This document shows, piece after piece, positions 54,841 to 64,000 of a stretch of 64,000 nt of DNA. The notes under the pieces were generated by a model. It worked only from the letters and a program-made list of their open reading frames with translations, was not told the origin of the DNA and did no database searches. Position 1 is the first letter of the stretch. Each line of letters begins with the position of its first letter. Origin of the DNA: Candidatus Saccharimonadota bacterium (GTDB taxonomy: Bacteria > Patescibacteriota > Saccharimonadia > UBA4664). The DNA lies in assembly GCA_019352195.1 (NCBI GenBank), contig JACAFG010000001.1, forward strand, positions 66,485 through 130,484, in the 5' to 3' direction. Made by a program: the position numbers and the translations under genes.

Positions 54841-57243
54841 GTGTTGTGGGCAATCCTGGCAATAACCGTTCCGGTTTTCTACATTATTGGACTCGTAGTT
54901 ACGTTGCGGTGGATTATGGGCGGGGGCCGTTCCCAAGTTCAGGTTTTACAACAAAAAACGCTCGATCGTCTCGATGACGAGCTAGATGACCCCAATTTAT
55001 CCAAAGATGCTCGCGAGCGCTTAAGCGTTCTCCGGCGAGACCTTGCGTTTCCTGTGGCTACGGGCAATAAGGCTGCCCACTCGCGCGGTAGTGTCACCAC
55101 GGGCACGCGTTATTTGTTTCCAACTTCTGGCCAGACTACACCGCTCGCATCACATGTCGCCACTGCCCGACGAGCAACCGCCGTCAATCCCATGGACAAC
55201 ATCAATTTACTGCTTTACCTCGGCGCATTTTTGCTTGTAGTCTCAGCCGGAATTTTTGTAGCCTACAATTTTTCAACGCTGAGCGGCGAGGCAAAAACAA
55301 TAATTTTGGGCTTGTTTGCAGCCATTTTCTATGTGGGTGGTTTAGCGCTGTATAAATTTCTCCCCAAATTGCGGCCCGCGGGCACGACCTTTGTGGCTAT
55401 CGGTCTTATTGTAGCGCCACTCGTTGGGCTTGCCGCTTACAACTATGGCCTGGCCCGAGAAGGGGGCGGCGTATTATGGTTTGGTGTCTCCGTGATATGT
55501 CTTGCACTTCATTATTTGGCGTACCGAATTACCAGACAAACCTATCTCGCTTATCTCATGGCTGCGACTACGCTATCGCTGTTTGAATCGATTGTGGCGG
55601 TGACCAAACTGCCCATCTATTGGTACAGCTGGATAATGGCAGTCGTTGCCATTGGCTTTACCGTAGTAGCCCGATATCGAGGCAAGGCGGCCGACGACTT
55701 GCAGACGCTGCGGATATCGGCTGACATTTTTATGCTGGTGGCCCTGTTGTTGTCGCTGATATTTAGCGTGAATCACGGGTATAGCCAGCTTGGCTTAAGC
55801 TTAGCGCTCGCCGGATTGTTCTATTTGGCTCTAACAGTTCTAACTTCCTCAACCTTACGGTATCTGTACCTAGGGTTCTCGCTCGCAGCCTGGCCGTTGG
55901 CCGTATTGTCGGGGCTAGGGAGTAGTTCCAATCGGCCGTTTATCGCCAGTGTCATCATGGCGGTGGCGGTTTTGTATGCCCTTGCTTCAGAGCGTTGGCA
56001 AATGCCTGACGTGGCCAATTTGTTGGGCACGGCTGCCTGCTTAACTGCTACCTTCGCGACGCTACTCGTAGTTGATCATGCGCATTATCTCCTTATTATG
56101 CTAGTTATATCGACTGTACTTAGTGGTGCTTTGGCACTGCGCCACCGTCACGGTAATTTTGCCCTTCTAACTGAACTTGCGGCTTTGCTGGTCCCCCTCG
56201 TTGGCCTGCGTTTCGGGCTTGCGATACCTGCTTCATATCAGACCTTGGCCTTAGCCTACGCCGGTCTCACTGCGCTACTGGTAATCTGGCGACTCAAGCT
56301 GCGTGGCTGGCCTCACGACGGCGATTCGATTGGCTTGGCTGGTTATATTTCGGGACTCATCGCCACCCTGACTGCAGCGGCATTGGCTGGGCACAACATA
56401 TTCTTGCTTTTCGGTTTGGCGGCGGCGGTGGCAATAGTGGCCCTAAGCTATATTGAGCATTCCTCGGAGATGATTTACGCCTCGGCTTTACTGGTCTATT
56501 TGTCGGTATGGCAACAGACCCTCACCGCGGCAACTCCGGAACGTACGGGTTCGCTGGTTTTAACCGGCTGTGGTATAGTCCTATACCTCATCGGCCGCAC
56601 CACGCTATTTAATGACGGCCGCGTCAAAGTCTGGCGTTGGAGCGGCCTGATTGGTCCCGGACTCGGATTTATTGTTGGCGTCACCGCCGATCCTGCTATT
56701 TTTGCCCCTAGTTTGGGGCTGCTCGTCATGGCAGCGATTATTTACGCGGAGTCGCGCACGTACTACCGTGAAATTCTCGAAGAAACCGCCGTCGCACTCA
56801 CTATTGCCGCCGTTGCCTGGGCATTCCACGCCAAAGACTACTCCCAGACGCAAATCTACACGCTGCCCTGGGCCGGATTTGTCGCTTGGCTAGGATACCG
56901 CCGGCGACAGCGTGGCCGTGAGGCTATCAACGGCTTCACTGTTGGCGCCCTTACGCTCCTCACGCTTCCGTTGGCGGCACAAGCTTTGGGCGACAACGGC
57001 CAATGGTATGGTTTAGCGCTGGTAGGGGAAGCCATTGCACTGATTTTGGTTGGTATGGCGGCCAAATACCGCCTCATAACCTATTGGGGCGCCGCGACTT
57101 TGGTAGCCGAAACACTCTACCAGCTGCGTGACGTCTTCTTTGCTCTACCCAAGTACCTCATCTCGGCCGCTTTAGGTGCCGCACTCATTGGAGCGGCGGT
57201 TTATCTGTTGCAACGTCGCAAGGACGAGCCTCGCCAACCCTAA
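54841..57243 (+). CDS. large polytopic membrane protein (DUF2157-like)
   Basis: NINLLLYLGAFLLV followed by many TM helices. Confidence 0.8.
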   Translation: MLWAILAITVPVFYIIGLVVTLRWIMGGGRSQVQVLQQKTLDRLDDELDDPNLSKDARERLSVLRRDLAFPVATGNKAAHSRGSVTTGTRYLFPTSGQTTPLASHVATARRATAVNPMDNINLLLYLGAFLLVVSAGIFVAYNFSTLSGEAKTIILGLFAAIFYVGGLALYKFLPKLRPAGTTFVAIGLIVAPLVGLAAYNYGLAREGGGVLWFGVSVICLALHYLAYRITRQTYLAYLMAATTLSLFESIVAVTKLPIYWYSWIMAVVAIGFTVVARYRGKAADDLQTLRISADIFMLVALLLSLIFSVNHGYSQLGLSLALAGLFYLALTVLTSSTLRYLYLGFSLAAWPLAVLSGLGSSSNRPFIASVIMAVAVLYALASERWQMPDVANLLGTAACLTATFATLLVVDHAHYLLIMLVISTVLSGALALRHRHGNFALLTELAALLVPLVGLRFGLAIPASYQTLALAYAGLTALLVIWRLKLRGWPHDGDSIGLAGYISGLIATLTAAALAGHNIFLLFGLAAAVAIVALSYIEHSSEMIYASALLVYLSVWQQTLTAATPERTGSLVLTGCGIVLYLIGRTTLFNDGRVKVWRWSGLIGPGLGFIVGVTADPAIFAPSLGLLVMAAIIYAESRTYYREILEETAVALTIAAVAWAFHAKDYSQTQIYTLPWAGFVAWLGYRRRQRGREAINGFTVGALTLLTLPLAAQALGDNGQWYGLALVGEAIALILVGMAAKYRLITYWGAATLVAETLYQLRDVFFALPKYLISAALGAALIGAAVYLLQRRKDEPRQP

Positions 57244-57313
57244 CCAGTTACGCTACAATTGAGCTACCGCCATCTGGCGAGTTCAGCCCTCTTCGACCGA
57301 AAGGACCAGTCCC

Positions 57314-57901
57314 GTGACTGTGCACCAGCCCAGCTCCAGCCCCGAGCTCAAGCCCGCTATCGGCCACTCTACACTTCAGGAATTTGTTGGACCAAACGTT
57401 GCCTTCCCCGAAGTTCGCCAGGCGACCGATGCCGATCTTTTCAAGCTCGTTCTGCACTGGATCTTGAATGATCCAAAGCACATCTTGCTCAACGAAATCA
57501 TCCGCACGCAAGGCTCTGTCGCACTTGCCGAAAGCACAGGCATTGGCGTTACAGCCCACGAGCTGGTTGCAGAGCTATGCGACCTCCTTGCCAGCCTGCC
57601 GCCCGAAGCCTTCGAATTGGCCGACTATGTGGGCAACCTCCCCGCCGCCTCCGTCGGCCGACTGCGGTACATCGAACTGGCGGCGATCATCGACAAGTAC
57701 GCCTCAGCTCATCCGGCCTGCGCGTACCACCGAAATGTCATGGATCACATCCAGACGCTCGATCACGCGGCCGTACTCGATGATGTCACAGACCAGATTG
57801 AGATTCGGCGGCAACAGCTCATGACGGTAGCTGTTGCCCGCGTTCGCGAGTTGGCCGCCCGCATCATTGCCCGCAAGTCTGAAATAGTTCAGGCCGCCTA
57901 A
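57314..57901 (+). CDS. hypothetical protein
   Basis: GAAAGGA upstream of GTG; followed by a hairpin plus T tract at 57904-57936. Confidence 0.65.
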   Translation: MTVHQPSSSPELKPAIGHSTLQEFVGPNVAFPEVRQATDADLFKLVLHWILNDPKHILLNEIIRTQGSVALAESTGIGVTAHELVAELCDLLASLPPEAFELADYVGNLPAASVGRLRYIELAAIIDKYASAHPACAYHRNVMDHIQTLDHAAVLDDVTDQIEIRRQQLMTVAVARVRELAARIIARKSEIVQAA

Positions 57902-58091
57902 CCCCCCACGGCATACCCACAATGCTGTGGGGTTTTGCCTGTCTCAAACTGAACACTAAAAGTAGTCAAGATTGACTGCCAACTGATTAGGCAGTAGCAT
58001 AAGAGGGATCTTAAAACACAAGCGCTTTAAAAGAAAAAGTCACCACTCATTAACGAGCGAGACTACCATTTTAAACCGCCCTTCTCGGCCG

Positions 58092-59282
58092 GTGGCTACA
58101 ACCATTGAGCGTATTACTGTCCAGCCTCGCAATACGCTTGCCATCGCCATTCTCCTCATTATTGCTGGCTTCGGTTTTAGCTCAAATAATTTCCAGACAA
58201 CGCCATCTGCTAGCGCTTCATCGCAGCGGATCGTATCGCTGTATGTGGATGATCAAAAGCGAGTGATTACCACCGACGACACCACAGTTAGCACATTATT
58301 GCGCGATAGCGGTGTCAAACTAGCTGCCGGAGATGTGGTAGAGCCAAGTGTTAACGCCGCCATTCCCAACGGTTTCTTCAACATCAACGTTTACCGTGCG
58401 CGACCGATTGTCGTCCACGACGGCGATAAAACGTATCAGTTCTCAAGCGCTTATCAAAGTCCTCATCTCTTGGCCGCGCAAGCTGGGCTTACCCTTTACC
58501 CCGAAGACACGTACACCACCGCGGTGGTAACCGACTTTGTGGCCCCCGCTGAAATTGGCGTCGGCGTTACGGTAAACCGCGCTACGCCCATCACCGTTCA
58601 TATTGACGGTGCCAATGAAACGATTCGTACTCAGGCGAAAACGGTCGGTACTGCGCTCGCGGGCGCCGGAGTGAAATTAGGCCTAAAAGATACCATTTCG
58701 GTACCCGATACCACGGCAGTTATGCCAGGCCTCAATATTGAAGTAACGCGTGTTACCGACGTTACAGCTACTCTCACTGACGTCGTACCTTTTAGCACTA
58801 CTACCCTTAACGATCCCACCACATTGGTCGGCTCTTCCAAAGTCCAGACGCCAGGTGTTAATGGCTCACGAACCGGCGTTTGGCTGATTCACTATCAAAA
58901 TGGCGCTGAAACCGGCCGCGTTTTGCAAAGCCTCACTGCCCAAACCGCACCAGTCACCCAGGTTATGGTTATTGGCACCAAGGTTTTATTTGCCGGCTCG
59001 GTGGAGTACTGGCGTCCGCAGGTGGTGGCCGCCGCTACGGCTTACGGTTTAGACCCCAATAAGATGTTGCGAATTATGGCGTGCGAATCGGGTGGTAACG
59101 CTACCAGCGTCAGTCGCCTCATTAATGACGGCCAGCACCCCGAAGGTTTGTTCCAATTCTTGCCCACCACTTGGATCTCGATCGGCGGCACCATGAACAA
59201 CATCTTGGACGGCCCCACGCAAATTCAGTTGGCTGCCAAAAAAATGAGACGCGATGGCTTCTCGGCCTGGGCCTGTCAATAG
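58092..59282 (+). CDS. RpfB/YabE-like protein: DUF348 repeats, G5 domain, lytic transglycosylase
   Basis: T...TV..LL...GV.L..GD.V.P repeats; PGVNG...PVTQVMVIGTK; CESGGN...GLFQF.PTTW...AWACQ. Confidence 0.88.
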   Translation: MATTIERITVQPRNTLAIAILLIIAGFGFSSNNFQTTPSASASSQRIVSLYVDDQKRVITTDDTTVSTLLRDSGVKLAAGDVVEPSVNAAIPNGFFNINVYRARPIVVHDGDKTYQFSSAYQSPHLLAAQAGLTLYPEDTYTTAVVTDFVAPAEIGVGVTVNRATPITVHIDGANETIRTQAKTVGTALAGAGVKLGLKDTISVPDTTAVMPGLNIEVTRVTDVTATLTDVVPFSTTTLNDPTTLVGSSKVQTPGVNGSRTGVWLIHYQNGAETGRVLQSLTAQTAPVTQVMVIGTKVLFAGSVEYWRPQVVAAATAYGLDPNKMLRIMACESGGNATSVSRLINDGQHPEGLFQFLPTTWISIGGTMNNILDGPTQIQLAAKKMRRDGFSAWACQ

Positions 59283-59352
59283 TCAACGCGGCTTGATTCC
59301 GACCCTAATCGGGGCCGGAGCCAAATACCTCAAATGGCGCTACAATTAGCTA

Positions 59353-60525
59353 ATGGATACGCTTGATTTCATCATGCTAGCCATCATTATTGGCTACGCG
59401 ATTCGCGGGTTCTCTGCCGGGTTTTTCAGGCAGGCCGGCGCTCTCTGCGGCTTTATTATCGGGCTAAGTCTGGGCTCACTGCTGGCTCCGCTGACGGTGC
59501 GTCTCGCGTCGAGCACAGGCGGAAAAGCCCTTATTACGCTCGTTACGATCTTGGGTCTCGTCGCCATTATTGGCACCTTTGGCGAGTATCTCGGCAATTA
59601 TTTAGCCGGTCTCACCAAAAAGTTTCATATTTTAGTAGTCGACGAAGTGGCCGGAGCTATCCTGAGCGCGGTAGCGGTGCTGATAACAGCGTGGGTACTC
59701 GCCAGTATTTTTGCTCGGCTTCCATTTCCGACGGTGACGAGCCAAATTCAGCGGTCTGCCATTTTGACCTCTCTCGATCGTAATTTGCCGCCTGTCCCGT
59801 CTGCCATCGCTAGAATCGAAGGGCTGGTGGCACCCAATGGCTTCCCCCGCGTTTTCGCTGGTATTGAACCAGAGGCAGGCCCGCCTGTCGCCGCACCAAG
59901 CGACGCCGCCGCCGCCGTCGCTGCGGCCGCCGGCTCTTCATCGACCGTAAAAATTGAAGGCGCTGGCTGCGGCGGCTTAGTTGACGGCTCGGGCTTCATC
60001 GTGGCTCCGGGGCTTGTTGTTACCAACGCCCATGTGGTCGCCGGCATTGCGCGTCCTAACGTTATCGATAGCGCCGGAGAGCACGCGGCTACCGTCCTAG
60101 TATTTGATCCCAATCTGGATATCGCTGTCCTGCGTACAACTGGATTAGCTGGCTCGCCGCTCGCGCTGGCCAGTACCGAATATCCTCGCGGTACGGTTGG
60201 CGCAGTATTGGGCTATCCGGGCGGCGGAAATTTTGACGTCCAGTCTGCCGCTATTTTGTACGAGCAAACCGCTATCGGCCGCAATATTTACGATCGGGGC
60301 CTTGTGAAGCGCCAAATCTATGCCTTACAAGCGTTGGTACGGCCCGGCAACTCCGGCGGACCACTCATCACGCCGAATGGTACGGTCATCGGTGTCGTCT
60401 TCGCGGCCTCTGTCACCGATGCTCACGTCGGCTACGCCCTTACTTCCGCCGAGATTGGTACCGATGTGGCCAAAGCATCCAGTTCAGCCGGCGTATCGTC
60501 CGGCAGTGAATGCGCGGCTGAATGA
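59353..60525 (+). CDS. MarP-family serine protease (CvpA membrane domain plus trypsin-like domain)
   Basis: GSGF, VTNAHVV, DIAVL, GYP, PGNSGGPL. Confidence 0.92.
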   Translation: MDTLDFIMLAIIIGYAIRGFSAGFFRQAGALCGFIIGLSLGSLLAPLTVRLASSTGGKALITLVTILGLVAIIGTFGEYLGNYLAGLTKKFHILVVDEVAGAILSAVAVLITAWVLASIFARLPFPTVTSQIQRSAILTSLDRNLPPVPSAIARIEGLVAPNGFPRVFAGIEPEAGPPVAAPSDAAAAVAAAAGSSSTVKIEGAGCGGLVDGSGFIVAPGLVVTNAHVVAGIARPNVIDSAGEHAATVLVFDPNLDIAVLRTTGLAGSPLALASTEYPRGTVGAVLGYPGGGNFDVQSAAILYEQTAIGRNIYDRGLVKRQIYALQALVRPGNSGGPLITPNGTVIGVVFAASVTDAHVGYALTSAEIGTDVAKASSSAGVSSGSECAAE

Positions 60526-61091
60526 CGGAGCCAAAGCTCACCGATTTTACCCAGCCAACACCTCAATTGGTTGAGTGGACACGAGACCTAGTACCTGGGA
60601 GCGCATTAGATATTGGCACCGGTAACGGTCGCAATGCGCTCTTTCTTGCTCGGGAAGGATGGGCAGTCACGGCCAATGATACGGACCAAGCGCTCCTGAC
60701 CGAGCTAGCAAAATCGTTCAAAAGCCAAAATTTGACCGGTAATTTTATCGAAGGCAATATTTCTAATCTAGATTTGCACGAATCTTATGATCTCGTGGTG
60801 TGTTTGATGGTGTTGCATTTTCTTGATGCTCTCCAAATCATCGCGGCCGTCGATCGTCTTAAAGCCGTTACCAAACCAGGCGGATGCTGCATCATATCCG
60901 CGTTCACCGATGCCAATCCCACCGGCACTCGACCGTATCTTTTCGCGCATAACGGGCTAAGAGACGCCTTTGCCACTTGGAATATCCTGCATTACGAAGA
61001 ACACTTGGGAAGTTGGGTATTACCACCGGGAAAAACTGACCCTATACAATATATGACGGCACGAGTTTTGGCCGAGAAGCCTGCGGTCTAG
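60522..61091 (+). CDS. class I SAM methyltransferase (TehB-like)
   Basis: ALDIGTGNGRNALFLA..GW.VTA.D, VLHFL, TKPGG. Confidence 0.88.
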   Translation: MTEPKLTDFTQPTPQLVEWTRDLVPGSALDIGTGNGRNALFLAREGWAVTANDTDQALLTELAKSFKSQNLTGNFIEGNISNLDLHESYDLVVCLMVLHFLDALQIIAAVDRLKAVTKPGGCCIISAFTDANPTGTRPYLFAHNGLRDAFATWNILHYEEHLGSWVLPPGKTDPIQYMTARVLAEKPAV

Positions 61092-61176
61092 TCTAGTTAT
61101 CGCGGCCACTTATCGAAGTTGATCACGCTATTGGGTAAGTACGGCGGGTGGATGGCCATCTTATTGCGCCCGCGTG

Positions 61177-61724
61177 TTAGCGGGCATACACCGCCATGCC
61201 ATCCTTTTCGGCCGAAAATAGCCGCTCCTGACTTTTGCCAACTTTTAGCATCGCCTGTGCGATCTGGATGTCTCCGACAGCCCCGACCAAGTTAACAGCA
61301 AACACAACTGCCGCATAGGATGACACCACCGGCCACATAAAAGCGGCTATCACACTTCCCCCACTGATGAGTATAAGCGCCGCCATACCGACCGTCAGCA
61401 TCCGGCCTCTCGACAGCGCATATCCCGGCGCGATGGCATACAGATAGGGCAAAAAACTTGGCGGCCAGTCCAAAGCCAAAAGTTGGCCGCGCGCCAAATA
61501 ACAGATATGCCAAGCCATGCATGGCTTCGTGAGCGGGTAAGGTCAAAATGACTACTATAAGAATCAAATCAAAGTTAATTGAGGTTGAACTGCCGGGGAT
61601 GAGGCCAAAGGCTAACCCGCTGAGCGCAAATATAAACAATACTAACCACTGAGTAGGCAAAATTGTGTTTACCCATTGCAGCTTGGAGATCAATGAAGCT
61701 AATTCGTTTGGTAGAATGGGTCAT
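61177..61724 (-). pseudogene. DUF3267-like (putative zincin) membrane protein with frameshifts
   Basis: HEAMHG...GARPTFG in one frame; PYLYA...N..GAVGD in another (extra base in the A6 run 61451-61456); ATG 61724 after a TAAACT box is in a third frame. Confidence 0.75.
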
Positions 61725-61828
61725 TATTGAAAGTTTAGCATAAGCAATTTGGAGGACTTATAATTTCTGACCTCCGGGGAAATAGCGGCCGAATAGGTCT
61801 GAAAACGCTGCTCTGCTAAAATACTCCT

Positions 61829-62656
61829 ATGGACCTTACTCGCGTCGAAGACGTACGCACGGCGCTTAAACTCGCCGGCATCAAACCCAACAAAGGCCTT
61901 GGCCAGCATTTCCTCGTTGATATGGCGAGTCTTGAAGCCATTGTAGCCGCCGCGGATCCCCAAATAGGCGACACGGTGCTGGAAATTGGCCCCGGGCTTG
62001 GGGTAATGACACGCCCGCTTACGAGCCAGGTCAGCAAAGTAGTAGCCGTAGAAACCGACGCCATTTTAGCCGACCTGCTTCGCCGCGACGCCCCAGATAA
62101 CCTGGAAGTCGTAGAGTCGGATATTCTCAAATTTGACCTATCCATGTTACCTTCTGGCTACAAAGTAATCGCTAACCTGCCGTACTACCTCACGAGCAAA
62201 ATTTTCCGTCTCCTCATCGAAAGCCCCAATCCGCCTACGATTATGAGCGTACTGATTCAAAAAGAAGTGGCCGAGCGCATCTGTGCCAAACCGGGCGCGA
62301 TGAGTATTTTGGCGCTCAGTGTCCAGTTCTACGGCCAGCCAACTATCGTGGCCACCGTCGAGCGTCACAAATTTTGGCCGGCACCCAATGTCGACTCCAC
62401 AGTGCTTAAAGTCGAGCTCACTGAGCCCGCTTTTAAGGCCGACCCCGATCGACTGTTTCGCCTCATTAAGGCAGGTTTTGGCGAAAAGCGTAAGCAGTTG
62501 AAAAACAGCCTGGCAGGCGGCCTAAATTGCAGTGTTGAGCACGCCGCGGCCATGATAAAAAAAGCTAAACTTCAGCCTACCGCTCGTGCGCAGGAGCTAG
62601 ATTTATCCAGCTGGGTACGCCTCTACAAAGCAGCCTTGGCTGCGGAGCTGTTATAA
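61829..62656 (+). CDS. rsmA: 16S rRNA m6,2A dimethyltransferase
   Basis: KGLGQHFL, VLEIGPGLG, ANLPYY, QKEVAER, P.PNVDS, KRKQL.N.L. Confidence 0.97.
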   Translation: MDLTRVEDVRTALKLAGIKPNKGLGQHFLVDMASLEAIVAAADPQIGDTVLEIGPGLGVMTRPLTSQVSKVVAVETDAILADLLRRDAPDNLEVVESDILKFDLSMLPSGYKVIANLPYYLTSKIFRLLIESPNPPTIMSVLIQKEVAERICAKPGAMSILALSVQFYGQPTIVATVERHKFWPAPNVDSTVLKVELTEPAFKADPDRLFRLIKAGFGEKRKQLKNSLAGGLNCSVEHAAAMIKKAKLQPTARAQELDLSSWVRLYKAALAAELL

Positions 62657-63484
62657 GTGAAGTGGTTACGTCGCTTGCTGGCGACAGTTCTCGGCGTGGC
62701 GCTGACAGTCACGGCTATTATCACTGTAACCGACGCTACCACCTGGAATTCGGCCTACCTCATGGCCACAGCCGACCGCACCAATTTGGCCCAGCATATC
62801 TCTAACGAGCTGCCGGCCGTAATTGCCAGCTATGCGCCCGCGGCCGATACCCAGGCTGCCATCACGAACGTTTTAACGCCCGCCTACATAGAGACGAAAA
62901 TAAATGACGTTATCCCTGCCTTTGTGACCGGCTTTCGCCACGGCGGATCAGTACCTAACCTTGATGTGACAGATCTAGGTCAGCAGCTAGCACTTAGCGG
63001 CGTACCAGTGCCGCCAGCCCTGGCTGCGATTACCAATTCGCCACAGCCGCTGATGTCGAGTCATCTGGCCGCGCCGCTCCAAACGGTAGGGGGAGTGTCG
63101 GGTTTACTGCAATGGCTAGCGCCGTTGGTGGCTTTGGCCGCGACGGTTATGCTACTTTTGATATCTGACCATCGGCGTTTCTTGGCTCTGGCGCAGGGAG
63201 TCTGGCTGGGATCAGCCCTCACCGCTTTGGCCGCGGCAGTTGTGCAACTACCACCAAGCCTCATAGAAGCAACGCTCAATACTTCGGTAGCGCGTCCCTT
63301 GGCGGCGGCAATTCGCGCCTACTCGCAGGCTATTGCGACCGACCAATCCCACCAACTGCTGAGATACGCGCTTATTTTGGCTGTTGTCGGAGTTATTTGC
63401 ATCGTAGCGCATGTAGTAGCTGGGCTCATTGCCCATCTAATGCATCATGCCAAAACCAAATCTGAGTCGTCGCCAGTCGACTAG
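62657..63484 (+). CDS. hypothetical membrane protein
   Basis: N-terminal TM helix and three C-terminal TM helices; abuts the rsmA stop. Confidence 0.75.
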   Translation: MKWLRRLLATVLGVALTVTAIITVTDATTWNSAYLMATADRTNLAQHISNELPAVIASYAPAADTQAAITNVLTPAYIETKINDVIPAFVTGFRHGGSVPNLDVTDLGQQLALSGVPVPPALAAITNSPQPLMSSHLAAPLQTVGGVSGLLQWLAPLVALAATVMLLLISDHRRFLALAQGVWLGSALTALAAAVVQLPPSLIEATLNTSVARPLAAAIRAYSQAIATDQSHQLLRYALILAVVGVICIVAHVVAGLIAHLMHHAKTKSESSPVD

Positions 63485-63534
63485 CCTCACGCGTGGTAAA
63501 CTGAGAAGATCAAATAAGTCCTTGGGAGCGCCAT

Positions 63535-64000
63535 ATGGCTAACAAATTCTATGTCACCACTGCTTCAGCTTATACCAACGCGGGTCCTCACATTGGCTAC
63601 GCGATGGAACTCATTCAGGGTGATGTCATGGCGCGCTACCGGCGTCAGCAGGGTGACGACGTGCGCTATGTCACCGGTACCGACGAGCATGGTACCAAGA
63701 TAAAGCGTTCGGCCGATGCCGCTGGCAAAACACCCAAAGCCTTTACTGATGAGGTTAGTCAACTATTTCGCGATCTGGCGCCGGCTCTAAACGTATCCAC
63801 TGACCAGTTTGTGCGATCAACCGACCCGGCTCACGAAAAGACTGCGCAGGCGCTCTGGAAGGCGTGCGCCGAAGACATCTACAAGGCAAGCTACGAAGGC
63901 TGGTACTGCGTTGGCTGCGAGACCTTTTATACCGCCATTGACGTGCCAAATCACATCTGTCCAATTCACAAAACTAAGCTCGAAAAAATTGCTGAGGAAA
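63535..64000 (+). CDS. metG: methionine--tRNA ligase, 5' part (runs off window end)
   Basis: Manual translation MANKFYVTTASAYTNAGPHIGYA...ARY...TGTDEHGTKI...YEGWYCVGCE. Confidence 0.95.
   Translation, partial: MANKFYVTTASAYTNAGPHIGYAMELIQGDVMARYRRQQGDDVRYVTGTDEHGTKIKRSADAAGKTPKAFTDEVSQLFRDLAPALNVSTDQFVRSTDPAHEKTAQALWKACAEDIYKASYEGWYCVGCETFYTAIDVPNHICPIHKTKLEKIAEE

Overview
Bacterial chromosomal window in the standard genetic code. Gene content and style (short FolD, MetG with an HIGY motif, RpfB-like DUF348/G5 protein, many -10 boxes 6 nt before the start codon) suggest Patescibacteria/CPR, probably Saccharibacteria; this placement is an inference. Housekeeping genes are murB (partial), thrC, mgtA, folD, pyk, pgk, tpiA, pcrA/uvrD, rsmA and metG (partial), plus four tRNAs (Arg-CCG, Arg-TCG, Lys-CTT, Glu-TTC) and many two-component genes. 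The main find is an integrase-free array of mostly single-gene cassettes directly downstream of tRNA-Lys (3301-10355). Six 29-bp junction repeats each end in a copy of the tRNA's last 12 nt (GATGGCCCTCCA), begin with a GTWGCAACA arm, and are usually followed by a hairpin and a -10 box. A second candidate system is a LuxI/FeeM-fold acyltransferase paired with a specific SAM-methyltransferase subfamily. It occurs twice, once linked to a 7TM histidine kinase and receiver domains. Several genes are broken by stops or frameshifts. All protein calls come from motif recognition by eye, not from database searches.
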